Assembly: GCA_017478125.1 (NCBI GenBank)
Contig: JAFVED010000093.1
Coordinates: forward strand, 1 to 50,212
Direction: 5' to 3'
Origin: Bacteroidales bacterium
GTDB taxonomy: Bacteria; Bacteroidota; Bacteroidia; Bacteroidales; UBA932
Length of the DNA: 50,212 nucleotides
Shown here in pieces: positions 27,068 through 38,079 of this stretch. Both the position numbers and the translations under genes were made by a program. The notes beneath the pieces are model-generated. The model was not told where the DNA came from. It did not search any database and worked only from the letters and a program-made list of their open reading frames with translations. The stretch's first letter is position 1; every line of letters begins with the position of its first letter.

Positions 27068-28563
27068 GAAAATTAGCAAGACTCGCAGCCTTAGCGCTGC
27101 TTCTGCCGGGCGTTTCCGGGACGCTCGGAGCCGCTGATTATTTCGCGAGAGATTTCGGCGCGGTTCCTGACGGAAAGACTGTCAACACTGTGAGCATTCA
27201 GGCCGCCATCGACTTCGTGTCAGCGCATGGTGGAGGCAAAGTAGTGCTGGACAACGGTGACTACGTGTCAGGAACCATCTACCTGAAAAATGATGTCACC
27301 CTCTGGATTGACGAGGACTCTGCCTTGCTCGGCTCCCTCAATCCTTTCGACTACATCAAGGATCCTGACGCCAAATGGACCGCTTTGGTCTTCGCCATCG
27401 GACAGAAGAACATCGGTATCGAGGGCGGTGGAACAATTGACGGACGAGGCTTCAACATAGCCACGAGGTACATCGATTTCGTCCATCTTGGAGTTATCGA
27501 GGACGACCTGAGGAACGATCGTCTGCAAGAGGCCAAAAGGCCGGAGAATCTCCACTTTTACAAATGTGAGGGCATCGTCATCCGCGACCTCCTGCTCAAG
27601 GATCCCGGATGCTGGAACCAGCAATATGACAAGTGCCGCGACATCCTCGTGGAGAGGGTTCACGTCGATGCCAAATCCTATTGGAACAACGACGGGATCG
27701 ACATTGTGGACAGCAGCGACGTGATCATCCGCGACTGCTTCTTCGACGCCGCCGATGATGTGTACTGCTTCAAGAGCCACAGCACCGACGGGGTCAGCGA
27801 GAACATCCTGGTGGAGAACTGCGTCGGACGTTCAAGCGCCAATGGCATCAAGTTCGGCACCTATACCAGGGGTGTATTCCGGAACTTCAAGTTCAGGAAC
27901 ATGAAGATCTACGACACCTACCGCAGCGCGATCACCATCGCTACCGTGGATGGAGCCATAATCGAGGATGTGGAGATCGACGGGGTCGAGAGCCTCCACA
28001 CCGGCAACCCGATCTTCCTCCGCACCGGCACCCGCCACACCCGTGACGACCAGAAGCCCGTGCTGCGGAACATCGTGATCAAGAACATGTACGCCGAGGT
28101 TCCCCTCGACAAGCCGGACGCCGGTTACAGCTACGAGGGTCCTGTAGAGGATCTTCCGAGGAACGTGTGCCCGAGCATCATCTACGGCAACCCCGACATC
28201 AAGATCGAGAATGTGCGCCTCGAGAACATCGAGATAGTATATCCGGGACACGCCGACCCTGAATATGCCTACAGGGGTTCTTCCAAAGAAGAACTCGACG
28301 CAATCCCCGAGATGGAGACCAGTTATCCGGAGTTCTCCAACTGGAAAGAGCTTCCCGCCTGGGGATTCTATATCCGCCACGCCGACGGAATAGTGTTCGA
28401 CAATGTGAAGATCACGGTAGATGGGGAGGATTACCGCCCCGCTATTGTGACTGACGATGTCAACGGATTGAGGCTCAAGGATGTGGAGATCAACCAAGAC
28501 ACCGCGCCTAAGGGTAAGAAGCAGATCATCAACAAGGACACCAAGAACATCAAGAAGAAATGA
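27064..28563 (+). CDS. GH28-family galacturonidase
   Basis: FGAVPDGKTVNT.SIQAAID, GTIDGRG, WNNDGIDI, ADD and GIKFGT motifs. Confidence 0.88.
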   Translation: MRKLARLAALALLLPGVSGTLGAADYFARDFGAVPDGKTVNTVSIQAAIDFVSAHGGGKVVLDNGDYVSGTIYLKNDVTLWIDEDSALLGSLNPFDYIKDPDAKWTALVFAIGQKNIGIEGGGTIDGRGFNIATRYIDFVHLGVIEDDLRNDRLQEAKRPENLHFYKCEGIVIRDLLLKDPGCWNQQYDKCRDILVERVHVDAKSYWNNDGIDIVDSSDVIIRDCFFDAADDVYCFKSHSTDGVSENILVENCVGRSSANGIKFGTYTRGVFRNFKFRNMKIYDTYRSAITIATVDGAIIEDVEIDGVESLHTGNPIFLRTGTRHTRDDQKPVLRNIVIKNMYAEVPLDKPDAGYSYEGPVEDLPRNVCPSIIYGNPDIKIENVRLENIEIVYPGHADPEYAYRGSSKEELDAIPEMETSYPEFSNWKELPAWGFYIRHADGIVFDNVKITVDGEDYRPAIVTDDVNGLRLKDVEINQDTAPKGKKQIINKDTKNIKKK

Positions 28564-29135
28564 AAAAGATATTCATCATAGCCTCCCTGCTGCTTGTTTC
28601 TCTGGCGGGGATGTCACAGGAGAAACAGCCTCTCTACAAGTCTTCCTTCTTCGGGATCCGTAGCGACGGCACCACAGACAACACCACTTCCATCCAGAAG
28701 GCGATTGATTTCATCGCCTCAAAGGGCGGCGGCACCCTCGAGTTCAGTGTCGGACGCTATCTTACAGGCTCCATCGAGCTCAAATCAGGAGTCGACATCT
28801 CCCTGAGGGAAGGGGCTGTCATCGTGGGTTCCACGAATATTTACGCCTACAAAGGCGCCAAGGGGGTTTTCTGGGGAGAGAACCTCTCGGAGGTGAAAAT
28901 CTATGGAAAAGGTGTTATCGACGGACGGGGTCCTGAGCTCCTCCGCGACATAGACGGACAGATAAAAATGAGGCATGTCGACGATCCGGTAGTACCCACC
29001 CTGATCTACCTGAAAAATTGTGAGAAAGTGACATTGAAGGACTTCATATTACGTTATCCGGCCACCAAAGACGACCTTTATGTCATTGAGGGCGGAGACG
29101 TGAGGGTCGAAGGCTGCTACACGGACACGAAATGA
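28560..29135 (+). CDS. Short secreted GH28-like N-terminal beta-helix protein lacking catalytic motifs
   Basis: DGTTDNTTSIQKAIDFI..GGG...GRYLTGSIELKS...GVIDGRG parallels the N-terminus of the upstream GH28; it ends before the NxD/DD motifs. Confidence 0.7.
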   Translation: MKKIFIIASLLLVSLAGMSQEKQPLYKSSFFGIRSDGTTDNTTSIQKAIDFIASKGGGTLEFSVGRYLTGSIELKSGVDISLREGAVIVGSTNIYAYKGAKGVFWGENLSEVKIYGKGVIDGRGPELLRDIDGQIKMRHVDDPVVPTLIYLKNCEKVTLKDFILRYPATKDDLYVIEGGDVRVEGCYTDTK

Positions 29136-31294
29136 GAAAATTTTTAGCCGCCGCGGCCCTGGCCCTGTGCTTTTGCGCTGTTACCGGAGCCGAGGAGTAT
29201 GCCTGGAAGGCAAAGTGGATCTCGAAACAGCAGGGGCAGAGCGAGACCAACACCTGGATGGCCTTCAGGAAAGATGTTGATTTGGAGAAGGTTCCACAGT
29301 CTCTCGTGGCCAGGATCGCTGTTGACTCCAAGTATTGGATGTGGATCAACGGCCAGCAAGTAGTCTTTGAGGGAGGCCTTAAGAGAGGTCCTTCCATCGG
29401 CGGAGGTTACTATGACAAAGTTGAGATCGCTCCCTACCTGAAAAAAGGCAAGAACAGGATTTCGATCCTTGTCTGCTTCTTCGGGAAGGCCGGATTCAGC
29501 CACATGAGCAGCGGCACCTGCGCGCTTCTTTTCGACGCCAGATGCCCTGAGGTCGAGATTCTTTCCGATGCCAGCTGGCAGGCATCGCTCCAGTACGGCT
29601 ACCAGATAGCCTCCCATCGGAAGACAAACCACAGGCTTTCTGAGAGTAATCTTCGATATGATGCCAACGCATTCAATTTCAAGTGGTTCGAAGAGAGTAT
29701 CCCGGAAAAGCTTGGGGACGCTCTTGAGCTTCCCTTCCTTCCCGGAGATGCCCCGATGGGCGAATTGGTGGAGCGTCCGCTCCCGCTTTGGAAGGACTAT
29801 GGTCTGAAGGAATATCCTTCCACAAGGACGAGTGGCGACACCCTCTATTGCCGTCTTCCTTACAATTGCCAGTTCACTCCCTGGCTGAAGGTTGAGGCTC
29901 CGGAAGGCAAGGTCATATCCATTCACACGGACCACGACATCGTGACCGGAGAGAAGTGCGTCAGCGCGGAGTATGTCACGAAAGAGGGAGTACAGGAATA
30001 TGAGAACTTCGGCTGGATGACAGGCGAGGAGGTCTATTACGTGCTGCCTTCAGATGTCAAGGTGCTGGGAGTGAAGTTCCGTGAGACGGGCTATGACACT
30101 GAGTTCGCGGGAACCTTCTCATGCTCGGATCCTTTCCTGAATGAGTATTGGCAGAAGGCCCAAAGAACCCTCTACATCTGCATGAGGGACACCTACTATG
30201 ACTGTCCTGACCGCGAGAGAGCCCAGTGGTGGGGAGATGAGGTTAATGAGCTGAACGAGGCCTTCTATCTGCTTGACAGAAAGGCTGACAAGCTCGCCAG
30301 AAAGGGGATCCTGGAACTTGCCCGCTGGCAGAAACCGGACGGGGTGCTATACGCCCCGATCCCTTGCTCCAACTATTTCAAGGAGCTCCCGATGCAGATC
30401 CTGAACTCGATAGGCTGGTACGGGTTCCGGGGATATGGATTCTATTCCGGGGACTTCTCGTTCGTGGAGGATGTCTACCCGGCGGTCCATAAGTATATTC
30501 ACGAAGTCTGGCAGCTTGACTCAGAGGGACTTCCTGTTTACAGGACAGGCGCTTGGGACTGGCCGGACGCCGGCGCCCACCAGGACAGGTACGCCCAGCT
30601 CCATCTCTGGTATTATTTAGCCTTGAAGGCCGAGGCAGAATTTGCCAGAATGCTCGGCAAAGAGGCGGATGCCGCTGAGGACGAGGCGCTTATGGCGAAT
30701 ATCGCTGAAAAGCTCAACTCGAAGTACTGGAACGGATCGGCCTACATAACGCCTGACTTTGAAGACCTTCCGGACGACAGGGTACAGGCCTTGGCGGTGA
30801 TCTCAGGGGTCGCCTCTAAAGACAAGTACCCGGCCATCAAGAAGGTATTCGCCGAGCGTTACAACGCCACGACCTACATGTTCCCCTATGTGCTTGACGC
30901 CCTTTACACGATGGGCGAGCCGCAGATGGCCCTGGACAGGATGAGGAAGATGTACCCGACCATCATGAAGGATTCTTGCTCCACTCTTTACGAGCATTGG
31001 GACTACGAAGGCTCCTGCAACCATGCCTGGGCAGGTGGCGGAGTCATCTCGATGGTGCGCCAGCTGGCCGGGGTGGATGCCTTGGAGCCAGGGTACAAGT
31101 CGTTCACCATCAAACCCCAGATGGGTGACCTGAAATGGATAAAGACAGGTTTCGAGACTAATTACGGAAGGATTGAGGTCTCTCTCGAGAAGAAAGGACG
31201 CCGAGTCGAGGCCGTAGTGACAGTGCCTGAAGGAACCACCTGCCTCGCCGCCGGCAAGACTCTCGGCCCCGGTACCCATAAGGTCCGGCTGTAG
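29132..31294 (+). CDS. GH78 alpha-L-rhamnosidase
   Basis: DCPDRERAQWWGD, TLYEHW, NHAWAGG and LEPGYK motifs. Confidence 0.9.
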   Translation: MRKFLAAAALALCFCAVTGAEEYAWKAKWISKQQGQSETNTWMAFRKDVDLEKVPQSLVARIAVDSKYWMWINGQQVVFEGGLKRGPSIGGGYYDKVEIAPYLKKGKNRISILVCFFGKAGFSHMSSGTCALLFDARCPEVEILSDASWQASLQYGYQIASHRKTNHRLSESNLRYDANAFNFKWFEESIPEKLGDALELPFLPGDAPMGELVERPLPLWKDYGLKEYPSTRTSGDTLYCRLPYNCQFTPWLKVEAPEGKVISIHTDHDIVTGEKCVSAEYVTKEGVQEYENFGWMTGEEVYYVLPSDVKVLGVKFRETGYDTEFAGTFSCSDPFLNEYWQKAQRTLYICMRDTYYDCPDRERAQWWGDEVNELNEAFYLLDRKADKLARKGILELARWQKPDGVLYAPIPCSNYFKELPMQILNSIGWYGFRGYGFYSGDFSFVEDVYPAVHKYIHEVWQLDSEGLPVYRTGAWDWPDAGAHQDRYAQLHLWYYLALKAEAEFARMLGKEADAAEDEALMANIAEKLNSKYWNGSAYITPDFEDLPDDRVQALAVISGVASKDKYPAIKKVFAERYNATTYMFPYVLDALYTMGEPQMALDRMRKMYPTIMKDSCSTLYEHWDYEGSCNHAWAGGGVISMVRQLAGVDALEPGYKSFTIKPQMGDLKWIKTGFETNYGRIEVSLEKKGRRVEAVVTVPEGTTCLAAGKTLGPGTHKVRL

Positions 31295-31304
31295 GAATCC
31301 TGGC

Positions 31305-32246
31305 TTATTCCGCCGGAATGTAGATGATGGTGGCTGTCCAGACTCCGCTGTGCCAGTCTCCTTTCTCGAATTTCAGGGCGTAATATTTCCCTTTCCTGTC
31401 CTCGACATCGTACAGTGTCGTGAAGCGGTAGCCCTCATGCCCGGACAGGAATTCATCTCTCGCCTTGGCCGCCGCCTCGGTGAGGTTCGCTCTGTCGATA
31501 GGGAAGAAGGTCTTTTCCCACTCCCATTCCCAACCTTGTCTGGACACGGCGGTCTTGACTATCTCATTATCCTTGAAGAAGATGAGATTATTCCCCCATT
31601 CGTTCACACTTCCGAGAATGGTGGCTCCGGCAGGAATGAACCCGAGGACTTGGTTCAGGGAATTGGTTATGTCCTTCCACCAATATGAAGGGTTCACATG
31701 GATAGGTTCATTATAAAGCAGGTCACCATCCTCATCGATCGCAATGCTGTTTTGCAGGTAGGCGACCCCGCCAATGGCGTCCTTGTCCTCGATAGGGATC
31801 TCGAAACTGAACTCATATTGTTTTTTGTCAAAATAGCGGCGGGAGATCTCCATCACATAGCTGTTGTCGGATGAGTAGTCCTCATTCTCAACTCCCGCCC
31901 CGATGTACGTCCGGGCCACCTTCCGGGGAATCTGGTAGATAAAGTCCTCTTTTGAATACTCTTTATTGGTCATCATCCAGACGCGGTCCTTATAGTGTGC
32001 CGTCGAACCAAGTCCATCATTGTCAATAAATTCCAATTTGGCCCAACCCTCGTAATCCTCGCAATAATGGTCATTTAGAAGCGTGGCTTCCGGATAGCGC
32101 CTGTTGAAATCATTGAGGACAAACTCAGGAATGGGATCATAAGGCGCGTGCGGTTCCTTCTCGCAGCTGACAAGCAGAAAAAAACCTGCGGCGACAAGAA
32201 AAACCACCGCCAGGAAGAAGTGTCTCATCGTTCTCATTTCACACAT
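31305..32246 (-). CDS. Hypothetical lipoprotein (PepSY/BLIP-like repeats possible)
   Basis: Lipobox LVSC; IPEFVLNDFNRRYP and IPRKV..YI repeat-like segments. Start may be the ATG at 32238 or 32229. TAGTTTTG element upstream. Confidence 0.6.
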   Translation of the reverse strand: MCEMRTMRHFFLAVVFLVAAGFFLLVSCEKEPHAPYDPIPEFVLNDFNRRYPEATLLNDHYCEDYEGWAKLEFIDNDGLGSTAHYKDRVWMMTNKEYSKEDFIYQIPRKVARTYIGAGVENEDYSSDNSYVMEISRRYFDKKQYEFSFEIPIEDKDAIGGVAYLQNSIAIDEDGDLLYNEPIHVNPSYWWKDITNSLNQVLGFIPAGATILGSVNEWGNNLIFFKDNEIVKTAVSRQGWEWEWEKTFFPIDRANLTEAAAKARDEFLSGHEGYRFTTLYDVEDRKGKYYALKFEKGDWHSGVWTATIIYIPAE

Positions 32247-32378
32247 AGTCCAACCCTCCTTTCATTTTGGGACGGCAAAACTACATCTTTATTTCATATT
32301 CGCAAAATAATTCCGACCTGACCCGATGTCATCCCAGGTCATGAACGAGACAAGGCTCGTCATCGCGAGGCAATGATC

Positions 32379-33830
32379 CTACAGCTCGACGGGCTTGTAC
32401 TTCGGGACGAGGGCGCGCATGACCGTCCAGGCGAGAAGATAGGCTATCCCGCAGAAACAGAACACGATGAAATATCCGGCTGGTTTGCCCTCAAAACCGA
32501 GGAAGCGGAAGGCAGCCCCGGCGTTCTCGGCGTAGGTGAACAGGTTGCCGGCCACTTTCTGGATGATCATCGAGCCGACTCCTCCGGCCATGGCTCCGAT
32601 CCCGGTGATCGTGGCGATCGCTCCTTTGGGGAACATGTCACCCACGGTCGAGAAGATGTTCGCTGACCAGGCCTGGTGGCCGGCGGCGGCGAGACCGATC
32701 AGGACGGCTGGCCACCATGGGGAATTGAAATGGACCCCAAGCGGCTGGGCGAACAGGGAGCAGAGCGGGAAGAAGGCGAAGATCAGCATCGCCAGCATAC
32801 GCCCGGAGTATGGGTGCATACCCTTTTTCTCGACGAACAGCTTCGGGAGGTAGCCTCCGAAAATCGAGACAACGGTCACAATCAAGTACAGTGTGAAGAT
32901 CAGCGCCTGGCCTTTGAATGAGGTAGCCGGGGCCCCGAACTGGTTGCTGAAATAGGACGGTGCCCAGAACAAGAAGAACCACCACACGCCGTCAGTCAGG
33001 AACTTCCCGACAATGAACGACCAAGTCTGGCGATACTTGAACGCCTGTGCGAAGGGAATTGACTTCTCCTGGGCAAGTGCGGCCTTCTCGGCAGCCTCCT
33101 CGGCGTCATCCTGGTGGATATATTCAAGCTCCGCCTCGTTGACGTGCCCGCTCTTTTCAGGCTTGTCGTACATAAACTGCCAGAAAAACATCCAAATGAA
33201 ACCAAGTCCACCGATGATGACAAACGCCCACTCCCAACCGAGCGCCTTGGCGAGCGGAGGGATGCACAGAGGAGCGGCGAGAGCGCCCACGGAGGCTCCG
33301 GCATTGAATATCGAAGTGGCGAAAGCCCTGTCCTTCTTCGGGAAATACTCAGCGGTAACCTTTATGGCGGCGGGGAAGTTGCCGGCCTCTCCAAGAGCCA
33401 ATATCCCCCGGCACAGGAGGAATAAATAGACAGAAGTCGTGGCCACGGCCAACGCGGCGTTGCTGCCTGTCTCGACCGCGCGCATCGCGGCGACGGAGTC
33501 AAAGCCTCCGAGATGGGCTGTGGCCCATCCGCAGGCGGCGTGCATAACGGCACCGGCAGACCAGACACCGATGGCGATCAAGTAACCCTTTTTGGTGCCC
33601 ATCCAGTCCACGAACTTGCCGGCGAACAGGCAGGCTATCGCATAGAAGATGGAGAAGAAAGACGTTATCGTGCCATAGTTGGCATCGGACCAATGGAACT
33701 CAGGCTTGATGAACTCCTCGTAGGTGAGTGAAAGTACCTGACGGTCAAGGTAATTGACGGTCGTGGCGACAAAGAGGAGGCTGCATATCCACCATCTCCA
33801 ATCGGTCATCAGTTTTTTCTGTGTCGACAT
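32379..33830 (-). CDS. exuT: Hexuronate MFS transporter (ExuT-like)
   Basis: ATTVNYLDRQVL, GEAGNFP, EYFPKKDRA.AT.IFNAG and HQAWSAN motifs; last gene of the uxaC-kdgK-eda operon. Confidence 0.85.
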   Translation of the reverse strand: MSTQKKLMTDWRWWICSLLFVATTVNYLDRQVLSLTYEEFIKPEFHWSDANYGTITSFFSIFYAIACLFAGKFVDWMGTKKGYLIAIGVWSAGAVMHAACGWATAHLGGFDSVAAMRAVETGSNAALAVATTSVYLFLLCRGILALGEAGNFPAAIKVTAEYFPKKDRAFATSIFNAGASVGALAAPLCIPPLAKALGWEWAFVIIGGLGFIWMFFWQFMYDKPEKSGHVNEAELEYIHQDDAEEAAEKAALAQEKSIPFAQAFKYRQTWSFIVGKFLTDGVWWFFLFWAPSYFSNQFGAPATSFKGQALIFTLYLIVTVVSIFGGYLPKLFVEKKGMHPYSGRMLAMLIFAFFPLCSLFAQPLGVHFNSPWWPAVLIGLAAAGHQAWSANIFSTVGDMFPKGAIATITGIGAMAGGVGSMIIQKVAGNLFTYAENAGAAFRFLGFEGKPAGYFIVFCFCGIAYLLAWTVMRALVPKYKPVEL

Positions 33831-33834
33831 ATTC

Positions 33835-34500
33835 TTATCTCAGTGATTTTATGATTTCCAACGCTCCGGCGCAAAGGGCGGATATCTTCTCCCACTCTCC
33901 GGCGGCGATCGTCTCTTTCGGGAACAGGTTCGATCCCATTCCGACGCAGGTCACTCCGGCCTTGAACCAGGCCTCGAGATTCTCCCTCGTGGGTTTCACT
34001 CCTCCTGTCACCATGATCTGGCTCCAGGGCATAGGAGCCTTTATCCCTTTCACGAAAGCAGGTCCGAGAACATCTCCGGGAAACACCTTGCAGATGTCAC
34101 AACCGGCCTCCTGTGCCGCCCCGATCTCGCTCGGGGTGGCGCAGCCGGGGCAGTAGGGGATGAGTCTGCGGTTACACACTGGAGCAACCGCCGGGTTGAA
34201 AAGAGGACCGACCACAAAGTTGGCCCCGAGCTGGATGTACATCGTCGCTGTGCCAGGGTCGACAACGGAGCCTATGCCCAGGATCATCCCTGGGAGTTCT
34301 CTTGAAGCGTATTTGACAAGTTCTCCGATGACCTCCTGCGCGAAGTCACCTCTGTTGGTGAATTCGAAAGCCCGTACCCCTCCCTCGTAACAGGCCTTGA
34401 GGACGTTCCTCGAGATCTCGGGGTCAGAGTTGTAGAAGACGGGAACCATCCCCGTCTCACTCATCGTCCGGATTACCTGAAGTTTGCTGTATTGTGCCAT
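33835..34500 (-). CDS. eda: KDPG/KHG aldolase
   Basis: [32 protein letters not shown] and VGMGS motifs. Confidence 0.93.
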   Translation of the reverse strand: MAQYSKLQVIRTMSETGMVPVFYNSDPEISRNVLKACYEGGVRAFEFTNRGDFAQEVIGELVKYASRELPGMILGIGSVVDPGTATMYIQLGANFVVGPLFNPAVAPVCNRRLIPYCPGCATPSEIGAAQEAGCDICKVFPGDVLGPAFVKGIKAPMPWSQIMVTGGVKPTRENLEAWFKAGVTCVGMGSNLFPKETIAAGEWEKISALCAGALEIIKSLR

Positions 34501-34513
34501 AAATAATTCAGTA

Positions 34514-35554
34514 TTAACGTGAGACGCGGCCGGAGCCGTCCCCCTTCATGAGGTTCTCAACCTCGGCGACTGTCACCTGGTTGTAGTCGCCAAAGATGGT
34601 GTGCTTGAGGCAGGAGGCGGCCACAGCGAAATCCAGGGCCCTCTGGTCGTCACCTGTGTAAGTCAACAGGCCATAGATCAAGCCTCCCATGAAACTGTCA
34701 CCCCCTCCGACACGATCCACGATGTGGGTGATGTCATATCGGGGAGACTGGTAGAGAGTCTCGCCGTCCCAAAGGACACCGCCCCAGGTGTTGTGGTTGG
34801 CATTTACGGAGCCTCGAAGCGTGATTATGACTTTCCCGGCTTTTGGGAACCTGGCCATAAGCTGCTCTCCTACGCTCTGGAACCTCTTCTGGTCGATAGC
34901 CCCTCCGGTGGCGGCCGCGTCAAAGCCCTCCGGCTTGATTCCGAACACCTTGTCAGCGTCTTCCTCGTTCCCGAGTATGATGTCGCAGCCCTCCACGAGA
35001 GCGGGCATTATCTCAGAGGCTTTCTTGCCGTATCTCCAGAGATTCTTGCGGAAGTTGAGGTCGCAGGAGACGGTGACCCCGAGGCGGCCAGCGGCCTTTA
35101 TGGCCTCAAGGCACACATCGGCGGCACCCTGGCTCAAAGCGGGGGTTATGCCGGTCCAGTGGAACCAGTCCGCTCCCTCAAACACCTTGTCCCAGTCAAT
35201 CATCCCGGTCTCGATGGTAGAGATGGCGGAATGAGCCCTGTCATAGACCACCTTGCTCGGGCGCGCCACGGCACCGGTCTCAAGGAAATATATTCCCAGA
35301 CGCTCTCCGCCGAACACGCAGAAATCTGTTCCGACACCGTAGGAATGGAGGTCGCGGACGCAACTTTTGGCTATGTCGTTGTCGGGAAGGCGTGTGACAA
35401 ACTGGGTGTCAATGCCGTAGTTTGCCAGCGACACCGCCACGTTGGCCTCGCCGCCGCCGAAGGTGGCGTCGAACCCTCTGGCCTGGGAAAAACGGAGATA
35501 GCCCGGAGTCGAAAGCCGCAGCATTATCTCCCCGAAAGTTATGACTCTTGGCAT
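34514..35554 (-). CDS. kdgK: 2-keto-3-deoxygluconate kinase
   Basis: [31 protein letters not shown] and DRVGGGDSF motifs. Confidence 0.92.
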   Translation of the reverse strand: MPRVITFGEIMLRLSTPGYLRFSQARGFDATFGGGEANVAVSLANYGIDTQFVTRLPDNDIAKSCVRDLHSYGVGTDFCVFGGERLGIYFLETGAVARPSKVVYDRAHSAISTIETGMIDWDKVFEGADWFHWTGITPALSQGAADVCLEAIKAAGRLGVTVSCDLNFRKNLWRYGKKASEIMPALVEGCDIILGNEEDADKVFGIKPEGFDAAATGGAIDQKRFQSVGEQLMARFPKAGKVIITLRGSVNANHNTWGGVLWDGETLYQSPRYDITHIVDRVGGGDSFMGGLIYGLLTYTGDDQRALDFAVAASCLKHTIFGDYNQVTVAEVENLMKGDGSGRVSR

Positions 35555-35559
35555 AAATA

Positions 35560-36975
35560 TCAGAAATTGAAGTACTTCTTGGCGTTGTTGTAGCAGATGT
35601 CCTCTACCATCTTTCCAAGGAAATCCATCTCGGAGGCAGGCAGCCTTCCGCTCTCCAAGTCGTTTCCGATCACATCGCAGAGGATGCGGCGGAAATACTC
35701 GTGACGGGGATAACTGATGAAACTCCGGCTGTCCGTGAGCATCCCGACGAAGCGGCTCAGCAGACCGAGGGACGACAACGCATTGATTTGCTTGCGCATC
35801 CCGTCCTCCTGGTCAAGGAACCACCATGCGGAACCGAACTGCATCTTGCCGGGGAAGGTGCCGTCGTTGAATGTGTAGGCCAAAGCCATCATGACCTCGT
35901 TGTCCTTGGGATTGAGGCAGTAAAGGATGGTCTTGGCAAGCTTGTCCTCCGAAGCGAGCCTGTCGAAGAAACGGTGACCGGCCGCGGCGATGGGAAGGTC
36001 TCCGATGGCATCGAATCCAGTGTCGGGGCCTATCTGTCTGAACATCTTGGAGTTGTTGTTGCGGAGCGGCCCCACATGGAACTGCTGGGCCCATCCGGCT
36101 TCGGCATCCATGACAGCCATGTCGTGGAGGAAAGCGCTGCGGAACTTCTCCAGCTCCTTGGGGCCAGGGGCCCTGCCGAGCAGTACCTTCTTGAATATCA
36201 GCTCAATCTCCAATTTAGTGTAGTCCGCACCATAGAACGTGTCTATCCCATGATCTGAGAGCTTGCAGCCCATAGAGGCGAAGAAGTCGTGACGAACCTT
36301 AAGGGCCTCAATGAGGTCGGTGTAGGAGTCTATCTCCTTGCCGGCGGCCTCGCCGAGAGTCTTGAGATAATCCTTGTAGCTCTGGGGATCTTCCACGGCC
36401 ATCGCCTTGTCGGGTCTCCAGGCGGGAATGACCTTGGTCCCGAACGGATGTCCGGCTATCATCTTGTGCCAGCGGAGGTCGTCGGCAGGGTCGTCCGTGG
36501 TACAGACCACCTCAACCCCGAACTTGCGGATCAGGGCCTGGCCGCGGAACTCCTCGGTAGCCAACTTGGCGTTGCACTCCTCGAATATCTCCCTGGCCGT
36601 GGCAGGAGAAAGGAGTTTGTCAATCCCGAACACCCGGCTGAGCTCAAGGTGGGTCCAATGATACAGAGGGTTCCGCATTGTGTAGGGAACCGTCTCAGCC
36701 CATTTCTCAAAGGTCTCCCAAGGGGTTTTAGTCCCTCCGGTGATATATTCCTCAGGCACCCCGTTCGCCCTCATCGCCCGCCATTTGTAGTGGTCGCCCG
36801 CATGTCCGTCCACGAGCCAGAGCTGGGTTATGTCCCTGAACTGGATGTTCTCGGCTATCTGACGAGGAGAGAGATGGCAATGGTAGTCGATGATGGGCAT
36901 CACAGCCGCGTGAGAGTGGTACAACGCGCGCGCCATGTCACTGCCGAGCATGAAATCTTTGCTGATGAAAGTCAT
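35560..36975 (-). CDS. uxaC: Uronate isomerase
   Basis: IIDYHCH, DHYKWRAMR, NPLYHW, TTDDP, GSAWWF and GMLTDSRSF.SYPRHEYFRR motifs. Confidence 0.97.
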   Translation of the reverse strand: MTFISKDFMLGSDMARALYHSHAAVMPIIDYHCHLSPRQIAENIQFRDITQLWLVDGHAGDHYKWRAMRANGVPEEYITGGTKTPWETFEKWAETVPYTMRNPLYHWTHLELSRVFGIDKLLSPATAREIFEECNAKLATEEFRGQALIRKFGVEVVCTTDDPADDLRWHKMIAGHPFGTKVIPAWRPDKAMAVEDPQSYKDYLKTLGEAAGKEIDSYTDLIEALKVRHDFFASMGCKLSDHGIDTFYGADYTKLEIELIFKKVLLGRAPGPKELEKFRSAFLHDMAVMDAEAGWAQQFHVGPLRNNNSKMFRQIGPDTGFDAIGDLPIAAAGHRFFDRLASEDKLAKTILYCLNPKDNEVMMALAYTFNDGTFPGKMQFGSAWWFLDQEDGMRKQINALSSLGLLSRFVGMLTDSRSFISYPRHEYFRRILCDVIGNDLESGRLPASEMDFLGKMVEDICYNNAKKYFNF

Positions 36976-36994
36976 TATCTTTTAACCTATTGGA

Positions 36995-37993
36995 TTACTT
37001 TTTCCGAAGAGAGGATTCCCTCACTATCAGTTCCATGGGCACTACCACCTCCCCGACTTCGGCTCCTGGTTTCAGGGAGGTTATGAACGCCTGGGCGGCG
37101 CGTCTGCCGATCTCGTAAGGATGCTGGGCGATAGAGCTCATCGTGGGCGTCATGATGGACGTGAAATACTCGTTGGCGGTGCCTACGATCCCGAAATCCT
37201 CTGGAATCCTGAGCCCCAGACCCTTAGCCGCCTCCACCGCGCCAAGCGCCGAGAAATCTCCCGCGCTGTAGATGGCGTCGCATCCCCTCTCGATAGCGAG
37301 CTTGGCCGCCTCGTATCCTTTTTTCTCGACAATGGAGTCGTAAAAGATGATATCATCGTCCACTTCCCTGCCCATGTCTGTCAAGGCCCGCATATATCCT
37401 TTGAGCCTGTCCAGGTACGCCAGGGTCCCTTTGTATCCGGCGATGTTGCCGATTCTCTTGTAGCCTTGCTCTATCAGATGATGGGTGCCCTCATAGGCCC
37501 CATGGAAATTGTCATTCACTATCTTGGGGCCAGAGATCTCCTTGAATACACGGTCGAACTGGACAATGATGGTGTCCTGCCCGAGGTTCTCAAGGATATG
37601 GTCTCCCGTAATGGAAGAACTGGCGTGTGACAGAATCACTCCAGCCACACGGTTGCTTCTCAGTGTCTTGAGAGCCTTGACCTCATCCTCATGATTCTCA
37701 TGGCTCTGGCAGATGATCACAGAATACCCGTGTTCATTCAGCACGGTCTCCGCTCCGCTGATGGCGCTGCTGAAAAAAGCCCGGTTGATTCTCGGAACGA
37801 TGATGCCAACAACATTAGAGTGACCCTTGCGCAAGCTGGAGGCCGGCTCATTACGCTCATACCCCATTTCTGCCGCCATATCTGAAACAGCCTTGCGTGT
37901 TGAATCTTTGACCCTCGGACTACCGGCAAGCGCCCTGGAGACGGTAGACGGGGTCACTCCCAGGGCCTTCGCTATGTCGGAAATTGTCACCAT
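36995..37993 (-). CDS. LacI-family transcriptional regulator
   Basis: VTISDIAKALGVTPSTVSRAL HTH plus sugar-binding domain ending LIVRESS; start ATG at 37993. Confidence 0.95.
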   Translation of the reverse strand: MVTISDIAKALGVTPSTVSRALAGSPRVKDSTRKAVSDMAAEMGYERNEPASSLRKGHSNVVGIIVPRINRAFFSSAISGAETVLNEHGYSVIICQSHENHEDEVKALKTLRSNRVAGVILSHASSSITGDHILENLGQDTIIVQFDRVFKEISGPKIVNDNFHGAYEGTHHLIEQGYKRIGNIAGYKGTLAYLDRLKGYMRALTDMGREVDDDIIFYDSIVEKKGYEAAKLAIERGCDAIYSAGDFSALGAVEAAKGLGLRIPEDFGIVGTANEYFTSIMTPTMSSIAQHPYEIGRRAAQAFITSLKPGAEVGEVVVPMELIVRESSLRKK

Positions 37994-38056
37994 AACACTT
38001 TTCTGTTGTCCAAGAAACAAATATAATAAAATAATGCGTCAATTTAAAATCATCGC

Positions 38057-38068
38057 GCAAACGTTTGC
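38057..38068. promoter_or_regulatory. Putative LacI operator (GCAAACGTTTGC)
   Basis: Perfect 12-bp palindrome with central CG about 65 bp upstream of the LacI gene; same core as 41261-41276. Confidence 0.7.
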
Positions 38069-38079
38069 ACAGGCCTGCC

